Shown: positions 1 to 8,875, counted from the stretch's first letter. The stretch is DNA of 18,973 nucleotides from Candidatus Bathyarchaeia archaeon (GCA_050014495.1 JBEKDF010000046.1:1-18973); one strand, 5' to 3'. A program made the numbers and translations. Notes: generated by a model from the sequence alone, not told the origin.

Positions 1-1
1 A

Positions 2-667
2 CTCGATGAATATGGGGAGATAAACAGGCTTCATACCCAGAGATCAATTGAGGAAGAGAAAGTCTCCATAGCTGAGGAGAAGGAGGCTGAGTCGAGGAGG
101 AGGAAAGAGGCGCTCGATAATCAGGCTCTAATTCAGAAGACATATATCGATATTGTCAAGCTGCTCGTTGCTGACTACTCGTACGATTATGACAGTATAA
201 AGAACCTTCACGAGTTGGCTAAGAAGTATGGTAACCCTCTACAGGTGATGGGGGCTGTGAATGTATACGGAGACATTGCCAATCTGAAGAAGGAAGCAGA
301 AACCCAATCGATTGATGTAGTTACCAAAGGGCATGAGCTTGAGGTAGTTAAAGGAAAGATCAAGGAAGCCGACGCTGAGTTTAGGAAGCTCACAGAATTG
401 AACGCGGAGGCGAACCAGGTTCTGGGTAAGATCAAGGCTAATGAAGAGCAGAGTATGCGGCTTCAGACCATTTCCCGATTATTGCAAGAACCCCGGAAGA
501 CGCGCTGTACTGTAGATGAGATCTCGAGGATCACAATCGCGCTGTTAAGTGGAGTGGCTGAGTGTTCAAGGGCTAACCAGGATTACCCCGACTCGTTCAT
601 GAAGATTGTAAAGGGTGATATAGAACTCACAATAACCGATCTGAATCTCTACATGAGAGTGCATTAA
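2..667 (+). CDS. Hypothetical coiled-coil-rich protein, 5'-partial
   Basis: The frame of ORF 215..667 is open back to position 2 (LDEYGEINRLHTQRSIEEEKVSIAEEKEAESRRRKEALDNQ...), so the gene starts before the window. E/K-rich helical composition; the stop overlaps the next ATG (TAATG). Confidence 0.7.
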   Translation, partial: LDEYGEINRLHTQRSIEEEKVSIAEEKEAESRRRKEALDNQALIQKTYIDIVKLLVADYSYDYDSIKNLHELAKKYGNPLQVMGAVNVYGDIANLKKEAETQSIDVVTKGHELEVVKGKIKEADAEFRKLTELNAEANQVLGKIKANEEQSMRLQTISRLLQEPRKTRCTVDEISRITIALLSGVAECSRANQDYPDSFMKIVKGDIELTITDLNLYMRVH

Positions 668-1536
668 TGATCAATGGCGATCAGTTGCTGGGTAATTTGT
701 ACCAAATTCTGGAGGAGAGCCAAGGTTATAAAAACGTGGATGCAGCTGTCGATTTCGTAGCGAATAGGGGAAAGAGACTCTCCGTAATCGATAGGATTCA
801 GCGAATTGAGAGCAGACTTGGTGACCAGTGGAATAAACAAGTATTAACACCCATTGAACAAACTCAGCTCATCGTACATTCAAAGTATTCAACTGGTAAA
901 ACTATCCAGAATATCGAGGACTTTGTTCTCTTAGATTTTGATCTTTTATTTGATGGACCTAAAGCTTTGGACAAGTCGGATTCACTTTATGATCGCTACC
1001 TGTATTATGAAGAGTTTGGAGCCCGAGTAAAAGTCCTAAAGGAACATATTCTTTTAGGTAAATTGGATGACTTCATTGCGATCAGCCCCGAAGATCTAAT
1101 TCATAAGGTGATGGGCTTCAAGGGGGAGTTACTTAGTCTCATTGGGATAGATCCCCTGAGTGGTGAAACATATAGACGATTCACAGAGACGCATGAGTCG
1201 ATTTCCCCAAATTTAACTGGATCTGGAGTTGTGGCTGAGGCTCTTGATAAGAGTATCAAGGTTGTAATGAAAGGTTTAGAGGAACAGAGAGCTATCGCGC
1301 AGGTTAGGAAAGGTATGGAGAATCAGGGTGATAGTATAGAAGTCCCCCTTAGCAAGCACCAAAATGTAGATGTCGTGGAGGGAGTACCAAACGGGACCTA
1401 TATCAATAAAAGCCTAGAAAAAACCTCTACTTTGAAAAAAACTCGAATATTGAAAATTTATAAACATTCAAATGTAGATAATACTTCCATAGAGAACAAC
1501 TCCAATAAAGATGAGAAAGAAAAGAGTGAAAAATGA
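667..1536 (+). CDS. Hypothetical protein, 289 aa, low-complexity K/N/E-rich C-terminus
   Basis: Long ORF coupled to the upstream gene by a TAATG overlap; no motif recognised. Confidence 0.7.
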   Translation: MINGDQLLGNLYQILEESQGYKNVDAAVDFVANRGKRLSVIDRIQRIESRLGDQWNKQVLTPIEQTQLIVHSKYSTGKTIQNIEDFVLLDFDLLFDGPKALDKSDSLYDRYLYYEEFGARVKVLKEHILLGKLDDFIAISPEDLIHKVMGFKGELLSLIGIDPLSGETYRRFTETHESISPNLTGSGVVAEALDKSIKVVMKGLEEQRAIAQVRKGMENQGDSIEVPLSKHQNVDVVEGVPNGTYINKSLEKTSTLKKTRILKIYKHSNVDNTSIENNSNKDEKEKSEK

Positions 1537-1575
1537 CTTACTTGTTGTATTTATTAAGCGTTCAGAAATATATGT

Positions 1576-2478
1576 GTGCGCGAAGTTATTCTGAAGAGTG
1601 GCAACAGCATCTCGACGGGGGCACTCGCGAGCTTCGGGTTCTGGGATATCGACGTTATGATCATGACCGTTCGCGGTCGCCCAGTGGCGATGCTCTGGAG
1701 CTTCGACGACGACTCATACGTTCAAACCAGAATAGCCCAGTATCAGGCGAGCCTCGATGGGAGGGCCTACGGCATCGCGAAGAGCTTTATAACATCGAAG
1801 CTTGAGAGCCAGAATATCATTTTAAGGAAATACGGTTTGGAGCCTCATTTGGATAAATTTAAAGAAATAATCGATGGGAGCGAGGCGAGGAGCCTCGAAT
1901 TGTTGAGGCGTAGATTAACGGGTATCGAGGGGAAGCACACCCAGCGATATTATAAGCAAATATTCAGCCTCTTCCCCAACAGGATCAGGCCCGAGAAGTG
2001 GGAGGGCTTTATGGCTTACGACGGCATGAATAACCTCTTCAATTTGGCGTATGAAATTTTAGCTTGGAAGGTTCACAGGGCCCTCGTGAAGACGAAGCTT
2101 GAGCCCTATCTAGGTTTTTGTCACTCGAACGAGATGGCGAAACTCTCTTTAGTCTTGATTTTCAGGAATTGTATCGATACCTAATCGACGACTTCGTAAT
2201 TCAGTTCAGCCAAAGGATCAGTAAGAAGGATTTCAAAATGAAGGCTGAGTCTGCTAGCCACGGGAAGAAGGGCAAACGTGAATATCTTAACGAGCCTGAG
2301 ACTAAATTTACTAAGTGAGTTGAATGATTTCTTTGAGACTAGGGTTGAGGTTAAGCGGATTAGGAACGGTGAGCATCAAACTCTTGAGACCCTGATCAAC
2401 GAGGAGACCCTACTATTCGCGAAGTACCTCCGAGGGGAAAACAAGACGTGGATACCAAGGGTTGCTTACTTCAATTAA
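1576..2478 (+). pseudogene. cas1: Stand-alone Cas1 endonuclease, 5'-truncated, two frameshifts
   Basis: Three ORF pieces join into a Cas1: EVILKSGNSISTGALASFGFWDID...TRIAQY...LTGIEG...YDGMNNLFNLAYEIL...LEPYLGFCH...SLV / DFQELYRYLIDDF... / ELNDFF...LINEETLLFAKYLRGE..W.PR. Frame changes at about 2155 and 2307. The N-terminal beta-rich segment typical of Cas1 appears to be missing. Confidence 0.9.
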
Positions 2479-2580
2479 TTGAGCATTTTACTTACCAACA
2501 AAAGCCTTGCGCGCATTGAGATTCAGGAGGCAAAGCACCTTCAAACAACATGTGATAGGTTTTGATTTGTTTCAGTGGGA

Positions 2581-3207
2581 TTATTGGATAGTTCCCCAAG
2601 GATTATCACGAGGACGTGCGACTGCAAAAAATATCGACTTACCACCACTCAGCAACCTGAAAGTAGCGTCCGCTCTGAAACTATCCCCCGAAAACTGGTA
2701 GCGATTACCAAACGAAGGCTGACCAATAATATACCCACTCTGGAGAAATGTGAATGCCCCAAACAAGTTGAAAGTATACCAACCCCTACCCAGAGGAGAA
2801 GACTCAAACACCCCGTTACCCATCGTCTTCAGAGACCACACAACAGGTGACTCCCAGACAAACTCCGAGTCATCGGGTCTTGTGACATTGAACACACTCT
2901 TAACTGTTCCAATCTTGACCCAGGTCTCGTTCCTCCATGCTATACCCCTCTGAGCCGTGGGTTCAAACTCGTAGCCATTATATGGGCTGTTTGTTAGCTC
3001 CAAGTGTATCACTGAGCCGTCGACGGGGACGTAGAAGACGATTAAACTCGTTCCCTCATCCTGTGAGATTGATTCGGTTATCTTCTGATAGTTCCAGTCC
3101 AGTTTTGTTAATTTCACAATTTGGATGCCTGATGGGAAATCTGTTGGAGGTGTTAGGGATACGTTTGCGAGTTCAGCGAGTGTGGAGAGGCTCGTAAGCT
3201 TGGCGTT
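2581..3207 (-). pseudogene. C-terminal part of an unrelated hypothetical, probably extracellular beta-rich protein, fused in frame to the PfpI fragment
   Basis: Second part of ORF 2581..3438. Aromatic/Ser/Thr-rich with N-x-S/T sequons (NVS, NET, NVT), no signal peptide of its own and no resemblance to PfpI. Confidence 0.5.
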
Positions 3208-3217
3208 CGCGCGCGCG

Positions 3218-3477
3218 TAGACTCCACCCGCCTTCTTAATGTCCTCAGGAACTCCATCATGCCGGAAAGACGTTAAGCGTCTCCCATCCACTGGGCCGGC
3301 GGAGGCGAGTAGCCAGGGGCCGTGGCAGATGGAGGAGATGGGTTTATCGGATTTGGAGAAGGGCTTCGCGATGGCCTGAGCCCTGATGTCTCTTCTGACC
3401 ATCGAGGGGGCGCCATTTTGGGGCCCTCCGGGGATCACTAACAGATCATAGTTACCCGGCTTTACATCGTCAAATGT
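3218..3477 (-). pseudogene. Internal fragment of a PfpI/DJ-1 family (type 1 glutamine amidotransferase-like) gene
   Basis: Minus strand reads TFDDVKPGNYDLLVIPGG...KPISSICHGPWLLASAG..DGRRLTS....EDIKKAGGVY, with the nucleophile-elbow motif ICHG. It lacks the N-terminal E-containing segment and the C-terminal DGNLITSR segment; in-frame TAA at 3478-3480. Confidence 0.8.
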
Positions 3478-3642
3478 TTAATGGTTGACGTTCAGACAAT
3501 TGGTGTAGTCGTTACCGCGCGCGTCCTTAACCAACCCCAGATAGGGTAAGTTCACCTGCGCGCGGGGAGCAGAGCCTTTTAATCCTCTCGCATAGTCACG
3601 CGTGAGCACACAAGAGAAAGGTGTTATTTATAGTTAAAACGG

Positions 3643-3780
3643 TTAGGAGATGTTCTTCCTGTAAAGGATGGGTGACCCACAGTAGAGGCAAAGATTTGTC
3701 CGGGGAACAAGCTTTCGACAAGCCTTACAGACGACTAGTGCGGAATCCTCACTCGCTGTTTCTCGGTCCTGAATATCCAT
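3643..3780 (-). CDS. Small zinc-ribbon protein, 45 aa (not in ORF track)
   Basis: MDIQDRETASEDSALVVCKACRKLVPRTNLCLYCGSPILYRKNIS*; CxxC-x9-CxxCG. Possible alternative TTG start at 3795. Divergent from purN. Confidence 0.7.
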   Translation of the reverse strand: MDIQDRETASEDSALVVCKACRKLVPRTNLCLYCGSPILYRKNIS

Positions 3781-3913
3781 GGTGTCTTGAGCCAAATTTT
3801 TCTCGTACCTGAAATCACCTGCATATGTTATAAGCGAACCTTAGCACTCGATGGGAGAGGGGCAGCTGAAAGTGACCCAGCATATTTATTTTCTAATCTA
3901 AGAAGTTATCAAC

Positions 3914-4726
3914 ATGGTTCCCAAGCCCATCTACTCTCCAGTCACAGGTCGACGTATGAGTGTTGCCTGCTTCATGTCCGGATCCGGGACTAACGCGAGG
4001 AAAATAATAGAGCGGAGTCAGATGCTCGACGCGTTGTATTACGTGGATTTAATATTCACGGACGTCAAAGACACTGCCTTGGATAAGAGTGGGCTTAAAG
4101 CCTGTAATGCCTTAGACATCGCAAAGGAATACGGGATAGACTACAATTGCATAGACATCATGGACTTTTATCTCTCTCGTGGTCATTCATCTAAGAAAGA
4201 TCTTAGCCTTCGGTCAGAATTTGACAGACTTGTGGTTTCAGCTATCGAGAAGTCCAACATCGATATCATCGCATTAGCTGGCTACATGAGCATAACGACT
4301 AGGCCTCTTCTCGATCGCTATGATGGCAGGATAATTAACGTCCACCCAGCTGACCTGAGTTTGACCTTGAATGGAGAGAGGAAGTATGTGGGTGTGCATA
4401 CCATTAGAGATGCCATTCTAGCGGGGGAGAAGGAGATCCGTTCTACTACGCACGTGGTCAGAGAGAAGGTCGATAACGGGGAGCTGCTAGTCATCTCCAA
4501 ACCCGTTCCTGTAATACTTCCAACTGGGGTTACATTAGATCAGCTTAGGGAGGACAGAGAGCTACTAAATGTGGTTGTCGAGGAGCATCAGGATCGCCTC
4601 AAGAGGGAGGGGGACTGGGTGGTTTACCCTTTAACTGTTCAGATGATCGCAGGGGGTAGGTTTTCCTTCGAAAACGGGATGATACATCTCGACAGTAAAC
4701 CAGTGCCTGATGGGTTACGCCTTTAG
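3914..4726 (+). CDS. purN: Phosphoribosylglycinamide formyltransferase-like (formyltransferase family)
   Basis: ACFMSGSGTN phosphate-binding loop, ALAGYM, IINVHPADL, T.HVV.EKVD.G. Confidence 0.8.
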   Translation: MVPKPIYSPVTGRRMSVACFMSGSGTNARKIIERSQMLDALYYVDLIFTDVKDTALDKSGLKACNALDIAKEYGIDYNCIDIMDFYLSRGHSSKKDLSLRSEFDRLVVSAIEKSNIDIIALAGYMSITTRPLLDRYDGRIINVHPADLSLTLNGERKYVGVHTIRDAILAGEKEIRSTTHVVREKVDNGELLVISKPVPVILPTGVTLDQLREDRELLNVVVEEHQDRLKREGDWVVYPLTVQMIAGGRFSFENGMIHLDSKPVPDGLRL

Positions 4727-5175
4727 GAAGTGATTGGCTTCACAATGGCTTTGTTCAACCTTATCACGTCCGCTGTTTTTATCTCGAGAAGTCTATCCCT
4801 ACTTCCGCCTCCACAGTAGAATGTATCAAACTTCCCGAGCTCTTCATCGAGGACCACTCTCAAGACTGTCTTGTAGCCTAGGCTTGGTGTTCCACCTGGT
4901 GGGTACCCGCTTATTGGCTCCGATTGATCAAAAGGCATGAGGCGAACGTTCTTTACCCCCAATGCCTTGGCGGCCTCCTTGAGGTTGACCCTTCTATCAC
5001 CGGGGACGATGAGGACCACGTGTTCGCCAGTGTCTGTTACGGAGACTAGGTTCTTCGTTATCCTGTGAAGATCTATTCCAGTTACTTGGGATGCGTCGGC
5101 TGTGTGGACAGTCTCCTGTTTCTCAATGAATCTGTGCCAAATTCGGTTTTCCTCTAGATAGGATTCTAATGACAT
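4723..5175 (-). CDS. YbaK/EbsC family aminoacyl-tRNA deacylase
   Basis: ITKNL (conserved Lys), VPGDRRVNLK, SGYPPGGTPSLG, YCGGG..LLEI. Likely start is ATG 5175 (MSLESYLEE), giving a family-typical 150 aa; the 46-aa extension in the ORF track looks spurious. Confidence 0.9.
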   Translation of the reverse strand: MSLESYLEENRIWHRFIEKQETVHTADASQVTGIDLHRITKNLVSVTDTGEHVVLIVPGDRRVNLKEAAKALGVKNVRLMPFDQSEPISGYPPGGTPSLGYKTVLRVVLDEELGKFDTFYCGGGSRDRLLEIKTADVIRLNKAIVKPITS

Positions 5176-5377
5176 CACCTTTTGATTATGTTGAGGCCCT
5201 TCATCAGTCCTTCGGATATCCTCTCCTGACTGAGCCGAAGATGGACCCCTCGAATCTTCAACGCGAACTCGATCCGTGACGGTTTCGTCTAAAAGGAGGC
5301 TAATTGAAGCCATAATATTATAACTGATACTCTTTCATAAACTTAATCTAAAAAGTATTGAGTGGATAGAAGAGTCT

Positions 5378-5938
5378 CTAATCGTTGCAGTAACTGTATG
5401 AGACTATTATATGGAACGAGATGTCCTGTGCAGGTGTCCCCGGATCAATTCTCACACCGAAAGCGGGGATCTTAGTGGAGCCTTTTGCAACAGGGATCTG
5501 ATAGGTTATTCCTTTAGTGAGATCTGAGCGACTCAGGTCGACCTTCGAAGAGGGGAAGAGGGCATTGGTTTCAGCTATGTAAAGGTGAACGCCAGGAGTT
5601 GACAAATCCGTTCTCACGTGAAGTCTCGTGTCATCAGGCAGCCCTATGTTGGTGATTGTGATTGGGATTATGGTAGATGTCTGGTTTGCGGCAACTGACC
5701 CGAAGTCCGCGGAGAGGATGTTAGCTGTCCAAAGTGTTGAGTTGTATCCAGTTCCAACAGCTGAAGCTGTGGCTGGTGGTACATTGACGTGCGCATCTAT
5801 TACGAGGTCATATTGTTTGGCCAGACCTTGGACGATATTCGAAGATACAGCTCCGTAGCCATAGCCCAATATGACAAGTAATAGGAGACCTCCGACGGTG
5901 ATTATTAGAGTGGGGTTTCGTAAATTCATACCTACCAA
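5378..5938 (-). CDS. Membrane-anchored or secreted beta-rich hypothetical protein
   Basis: N-terminal hydrophobic helix (LIITVGGLLLLVILGYGYGA), Thr/Ser/Ile-rich beta-type body, sequons NST and NQT. Confidence 0.75.
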   Translation of the reverse strand: MVGMNLRNPTLIITVGGLLLLVILGYGYGAVSSNIVQGLAKQYDLVIDAHVNVPPATASAVGTGYNSTLWTANILSADFGSVAANQTSTIIPITITNIGLPDDTRLHVRTDLSTPGVHLYIAETNALFPSSKVDLSRSDLTKGITYQIPVAKGSTKIPAFGVRIDPGTPAQDISFHIIVSYSYCND

Positions 5939-6175
5939 AACATGAAGTCATTATTAGTCATTATAACGTTTATGGTTAGGTTAATGAATTACTTATAACT
6001 AAAAGATAATTCCTGTTTTAGTCTCTTAAAATCGGTCAATTCGTGTAGTGAGTTCCACTAAGCGCGTGTTTGTTTTTGACTGGAAATTCAGAGCTATTCC
6101 AGATATGGCAATTACTTGTGTTTATACAGTAATTACACCAACGTGCTTTTAAATGAGGCTGAGTGTCTTCTCAAG

Positions 6176-6925
6176 ATGTATCTCGAGCGTAGGCGTCTCA
6201 CGCACGAGGATGTGCGAAGACTCGTTAAGGGCTCAGTTGAATTGATAATGGAAGCTCAGCTGAAGCTCAATCTTCCACTCTGCTCTAACATCCATGAGAC
6301 GCGGGACCGGCTCAGCGGCGGGGATTGCCTCGCTGACTCGCTGGAAGCGATAAGGGACTGCCAATATGGGATGGACTTTGGCTGCTTTGCCCCCCCGTCC
6401 ACCATTATTTTAGACAGGGACCTTCCTTTCAGTGATAAACCCATGGATATACCTGAACTCGCCTCGACTCTCTCTCTATATACAGCGGTGCACGAGGTGC
6501 TTCACGCAGACGACTGGGTGGGAGGAGACAAGCTTCTAAGGATGACACGTGAACATATGCTTCTGGAACACAGAGACAAGCTGGAAAAGGCTCTCGACTT
6601 CATAAAGGACGAAAATGGAACAGACTACATAGGGACCATTAGTGATCTCGCTAATCTGAATGCGACCCACTACGTCGATATGGTTACTCACTTCAGAAGC
6701 TTCGTTGCCCTACGCTATGCCGAGGCACCAAAGCTCGACATGATATGGGACAAGATTTCAATCAATTTCTTCCCACCGAACCTCTTGACGATGATCGAAG
6801 CGGAAAAGGGGACTGAGTATGTCTTTTCTCTATTTACGGAGAAGGCGGGGCACTACTGCCTTATCGACGCTTTCGAGGAGTATGAATCAATAGGGAAGCG
6901 TAGCGCAAGGACATATACAGTCTAG
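6176..6925 (+). CDS. Hypothetical protein with HExxH zincin-like motif
   Basis: AVHEVLHADD preceded by a G.F.PPSTIILD strand. ATG 6176 (MYLERRR) preferred over TTG 6116. Confidence 0.7.
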   Translation: MYLERRRLTHEDVRRLVKGSVELIMEAQLKLNLPLCSNIHETRDRLSGGDCLADSLEAIRDCQYGMDFGCFAPPSTIILDRDLPFSDKPMDIPELASTLSLYTAVHEVLHADDWVGGDKLLRMTREHMLLEHRDKLEKALDFIKDENGTDYIGTISDLANLNATHYVDMVTHFRSFVALRYAEAPKLDMIWDKISINFFPPNLLTMIEAEKGTEYVFSLFTEKAGHYCLIDAFEEYESIGKRSARTYTV

Positions 6926-6969
6926 CCGTAGGGTTTTAATCGTCTCCACTCATCAATTCATCGATCCCA

Positions 6970-8739
6970 ATGCTCTATGATACCCTCGTGGAGACCTACG
7001 TTAAACTCGAGGCAACTACCAAGAGGCTTGAGATGACCGATTTTCTCGCCAATTTGCTTCAGGAGGCAGAACCGCAGGAGATTTCGGAGGTCATCTACTT
7101 GACTCAGGGTAAGATTCATCCAGATTGGACCGGTAAGCCCGAGATCGGGATGGCGGAGAAGAGCGTCATAGAGGCGATAGTGAAAGCGACGAGTCTCCCG
7201 AAAACAAAGGTTGAGCAGTTAATAGCGGAAACTGGGGATATTGGTCACGCAGCTGAAGCGGCATTAAGGCAGAAGAAGGTTGCAAGCTTCAGTGGGAGGA
7301 ATCCTACCGTTTCAGAGGTTTACAACACACTCGACGCGATTGCAAATGAGTCGGGGCAGGGTAGTGCAGCCAGAAAAGTAGACCGCCTGGTAAAGCTGAT
7401 GGTCAACGTGTCTCCTATAGCGGCGAGGTACCTAGCACGCATAGTTGTTGGGGCACTCCGTCTAGGTGTGGGTGACATGACAATCCTCGATGCTCTAGCT
7501 ATCGCGAAGACTGGCTCGAAGGAAGCTAGGGAGGCGCTTGAAAGGGCCTATTACTTGAGCAGCGACCTAGGGGACGTCGCCGAGACTCTTGCAAGTAGGG
7601 GCATGGAGGCAATTGAGCACTTCCAGATCACGGTTGGGAAGCCAATAATGGCGATGGCTGCTCAGAGACTCAGCACCGCAGACGAGATAGTCAAGAAGCT
7701 GGGACGCATTTCAGCGGAGTACAAGCTTGATGGTGAGCGCCTCCAGATCCACAAAGATGGTGATATAGTCCAGATATTCAGTAGGCGCCTTGAGAACATC
7801 ACACGCATGTACCCTGATGCCGTGAAGCTGGCGGAGGGGCAGATACGAGCCAAGAGCGCAATTGTAGAGGGTGAGGTAGTCGCGATCGACCCCGATACTG
7901 GAGAGATGTATCCCTTCCAGACCCTCATGCAGAGGAGGCGTAAACACGGTATCCAGGAGGCGATGGAGAGACTACCAGTAGCAGTCTTCCTCTTCGATTG
8001 CCTCTACGCCAATGGTGTGGACTATACCCTCGAACCTTATCCAAGCAGGAAGGCAAAGCTAGCCGAGATCATAAAGGAATCAGTTCGATTCAAAAGGGTG
8101 AACAGCATAGAGACGGATGATCCCCGGGAAGTTGAGAGATACTTCGAGCAAGCCATAGCTGATGGGACGGAGGGTTTGGTCTGTAAGAGCCTCGCAAATG
8201 AGTCTATTTACAGGGCCGGGGCGAGAAGCTGGCTCTGGGTGAAGCTGAAGCGGAGCTACCAGAGCAAGATGTCTGACCCCATTGATCTCGTCGTCGTAGG
8301 GGCATTCCATGGTATGGGAAGAAGGGCTGGAAGCTACGGGGCGCTCCTCGGCGCTGCTTATGACCATGAGGCCGACGTCTATCGCACCGTCTGCAAGGTA
8401 GGCTCCGGCTTTACTGATGAGATTCTTGCGACCCTGCCGAATGACTTCGAGGCCATCCGACACGATGGAAAGCACCCGCTTGTGGACAGTCTCCTCAAGG
8501 CGGACATCTGGTTTGCACCTGAAAGAGTGATGGAGGTCCTCGGCGACGAGTTGACACTAAGTCCAATACATACAGCGGGCTTCGACGCCATCAGGAAGGG
8601 TTCAGGCTTGGCTGTTAGGTTCCCACGGTTCCAGAGGTGGCGCGAGGACAAGTCCGCCGAGGAAGCTACGACGGTCCCCGAGCTCCTAGATATGTATAGG
8701 TCGCAACTCAAACAGATCGAGAAGGAAGACGAGGCATAA
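6970..8739 (+). CDS. lig: ATP-dependent DNA ligase (archaeal type)
   Basis: Motif I EYKLDGERLQIH, III IVEGEVV, IIIa FLFDCL, IV EGLVCK, V WVKLKRSY, DLVVVG, VI RFPRFQRWREDK; N-terminal DNA-binding domain; 589 aa. Confidence 0.97.
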   Translation: MLYDTLVETYVKLEATTKRLEMTDFLANLLQEAEPQEISEVIYLTQGKIHPDWTGKPEIGMAEKSVIEAIVKATSLPKTKVEQLIAETGDIGHAAEAALRQKKVASFSGRNPTVSEVYNTLDAIANESGQGSAARKVDRLVKLMVNVSPIAARYLARIVVGALRLGVGDMTILDALAIAKTGSKEAREALERAYYLSSDLGDVAETLASRGMEAIEHFQITVGKPIMAMAAQRLSTADEIVKKLGRISAEYKLDGERLQIHKDGDIVQIFSRRLENITRMYPDAVKLAEGQIRAKSAIVEGEVVAIDPDTGEMYPFQTLMQRRRKHGIQEAMERLPVAVFLFDCLYANGVDYTLEPYPSRKAKLAEIIKESVRFKRVNSIETDDPREVERYFEQAIADGTEGLVCKSLANESIYRAGARSWLWVKLKRSYQSKMSDPIDLVVVGAFHGMGRRAGSYGALLGAAYDHEADVYRTVCKVGSGFTDEILATLPNDFEAIRHDGKHPLVDSLLKADIWFAPERVMEVLGDELTLSPIHTAGFDAIRKGSGLAVRFPRFQRWREDKSAEEATTVPELLDMYRSQLKQIEKEDEA

Positions 8740-8875
8740 GGAGTCAATTAATACAACTGCCAATAATTAAAAATTTATTAAAACTTCCCATTTTGAAGGC
8801 TATGTGTTTCTGTTTTGTGATCGGAAGCGTTTTACACCCATGTTATCGTATCGACTCATCTCAACTGGTGGCTGC

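Noticed and set aside
1360..1482. Two AAATGTAGAT copies and a TCTACT resembling parts of a Cas12a-type repeat near cas1
   Set aside because: They lie inside an ORF, about 109 bp apart, and the hairpin halves are not adjacent; not an array.
1533..1805. 90-aa ORF overlapping cas1, considered as the missing cas1 N-terminus
   Set aside because: MTYLLYLLSVQKY does not resemble a Cas1 N-terminus and the rest is an alternate-frame shadow.
2479..2580. CRISPR array or casposon TIR downstream of cas1
   Set aside because: No repeated unit of 23-47 bp and no inverted partner visible in the window.
2507..3197. Plus-strand ORFs 2507, 2575, 2750 and 2937
   Set aside because: Antisense shadows of the minus-strand ORF, with no motifs.
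3621..3993. Plus-strand ORFs 3621..3812 and 3787..3993
   Set aside because: The first is antisense to the better-supported zinc-ribbon gene; the second overlaps purN out of frame.
5195..5295. Hammerhead ribozyme on the minus strand (GAAAC...CTGATGA)
   Set aside because: Stem II cannot close (A opposite C) and stem III lacks the required A-U pair before the cleavage triplet.
5945..6105. Several small inverted repeats and an AGTCATTAT tandem pair in a divergent intergenic region
   Set aside because: Arms of only 5-7 bp in AT-rich DNA; cannot be distinguished from chance.
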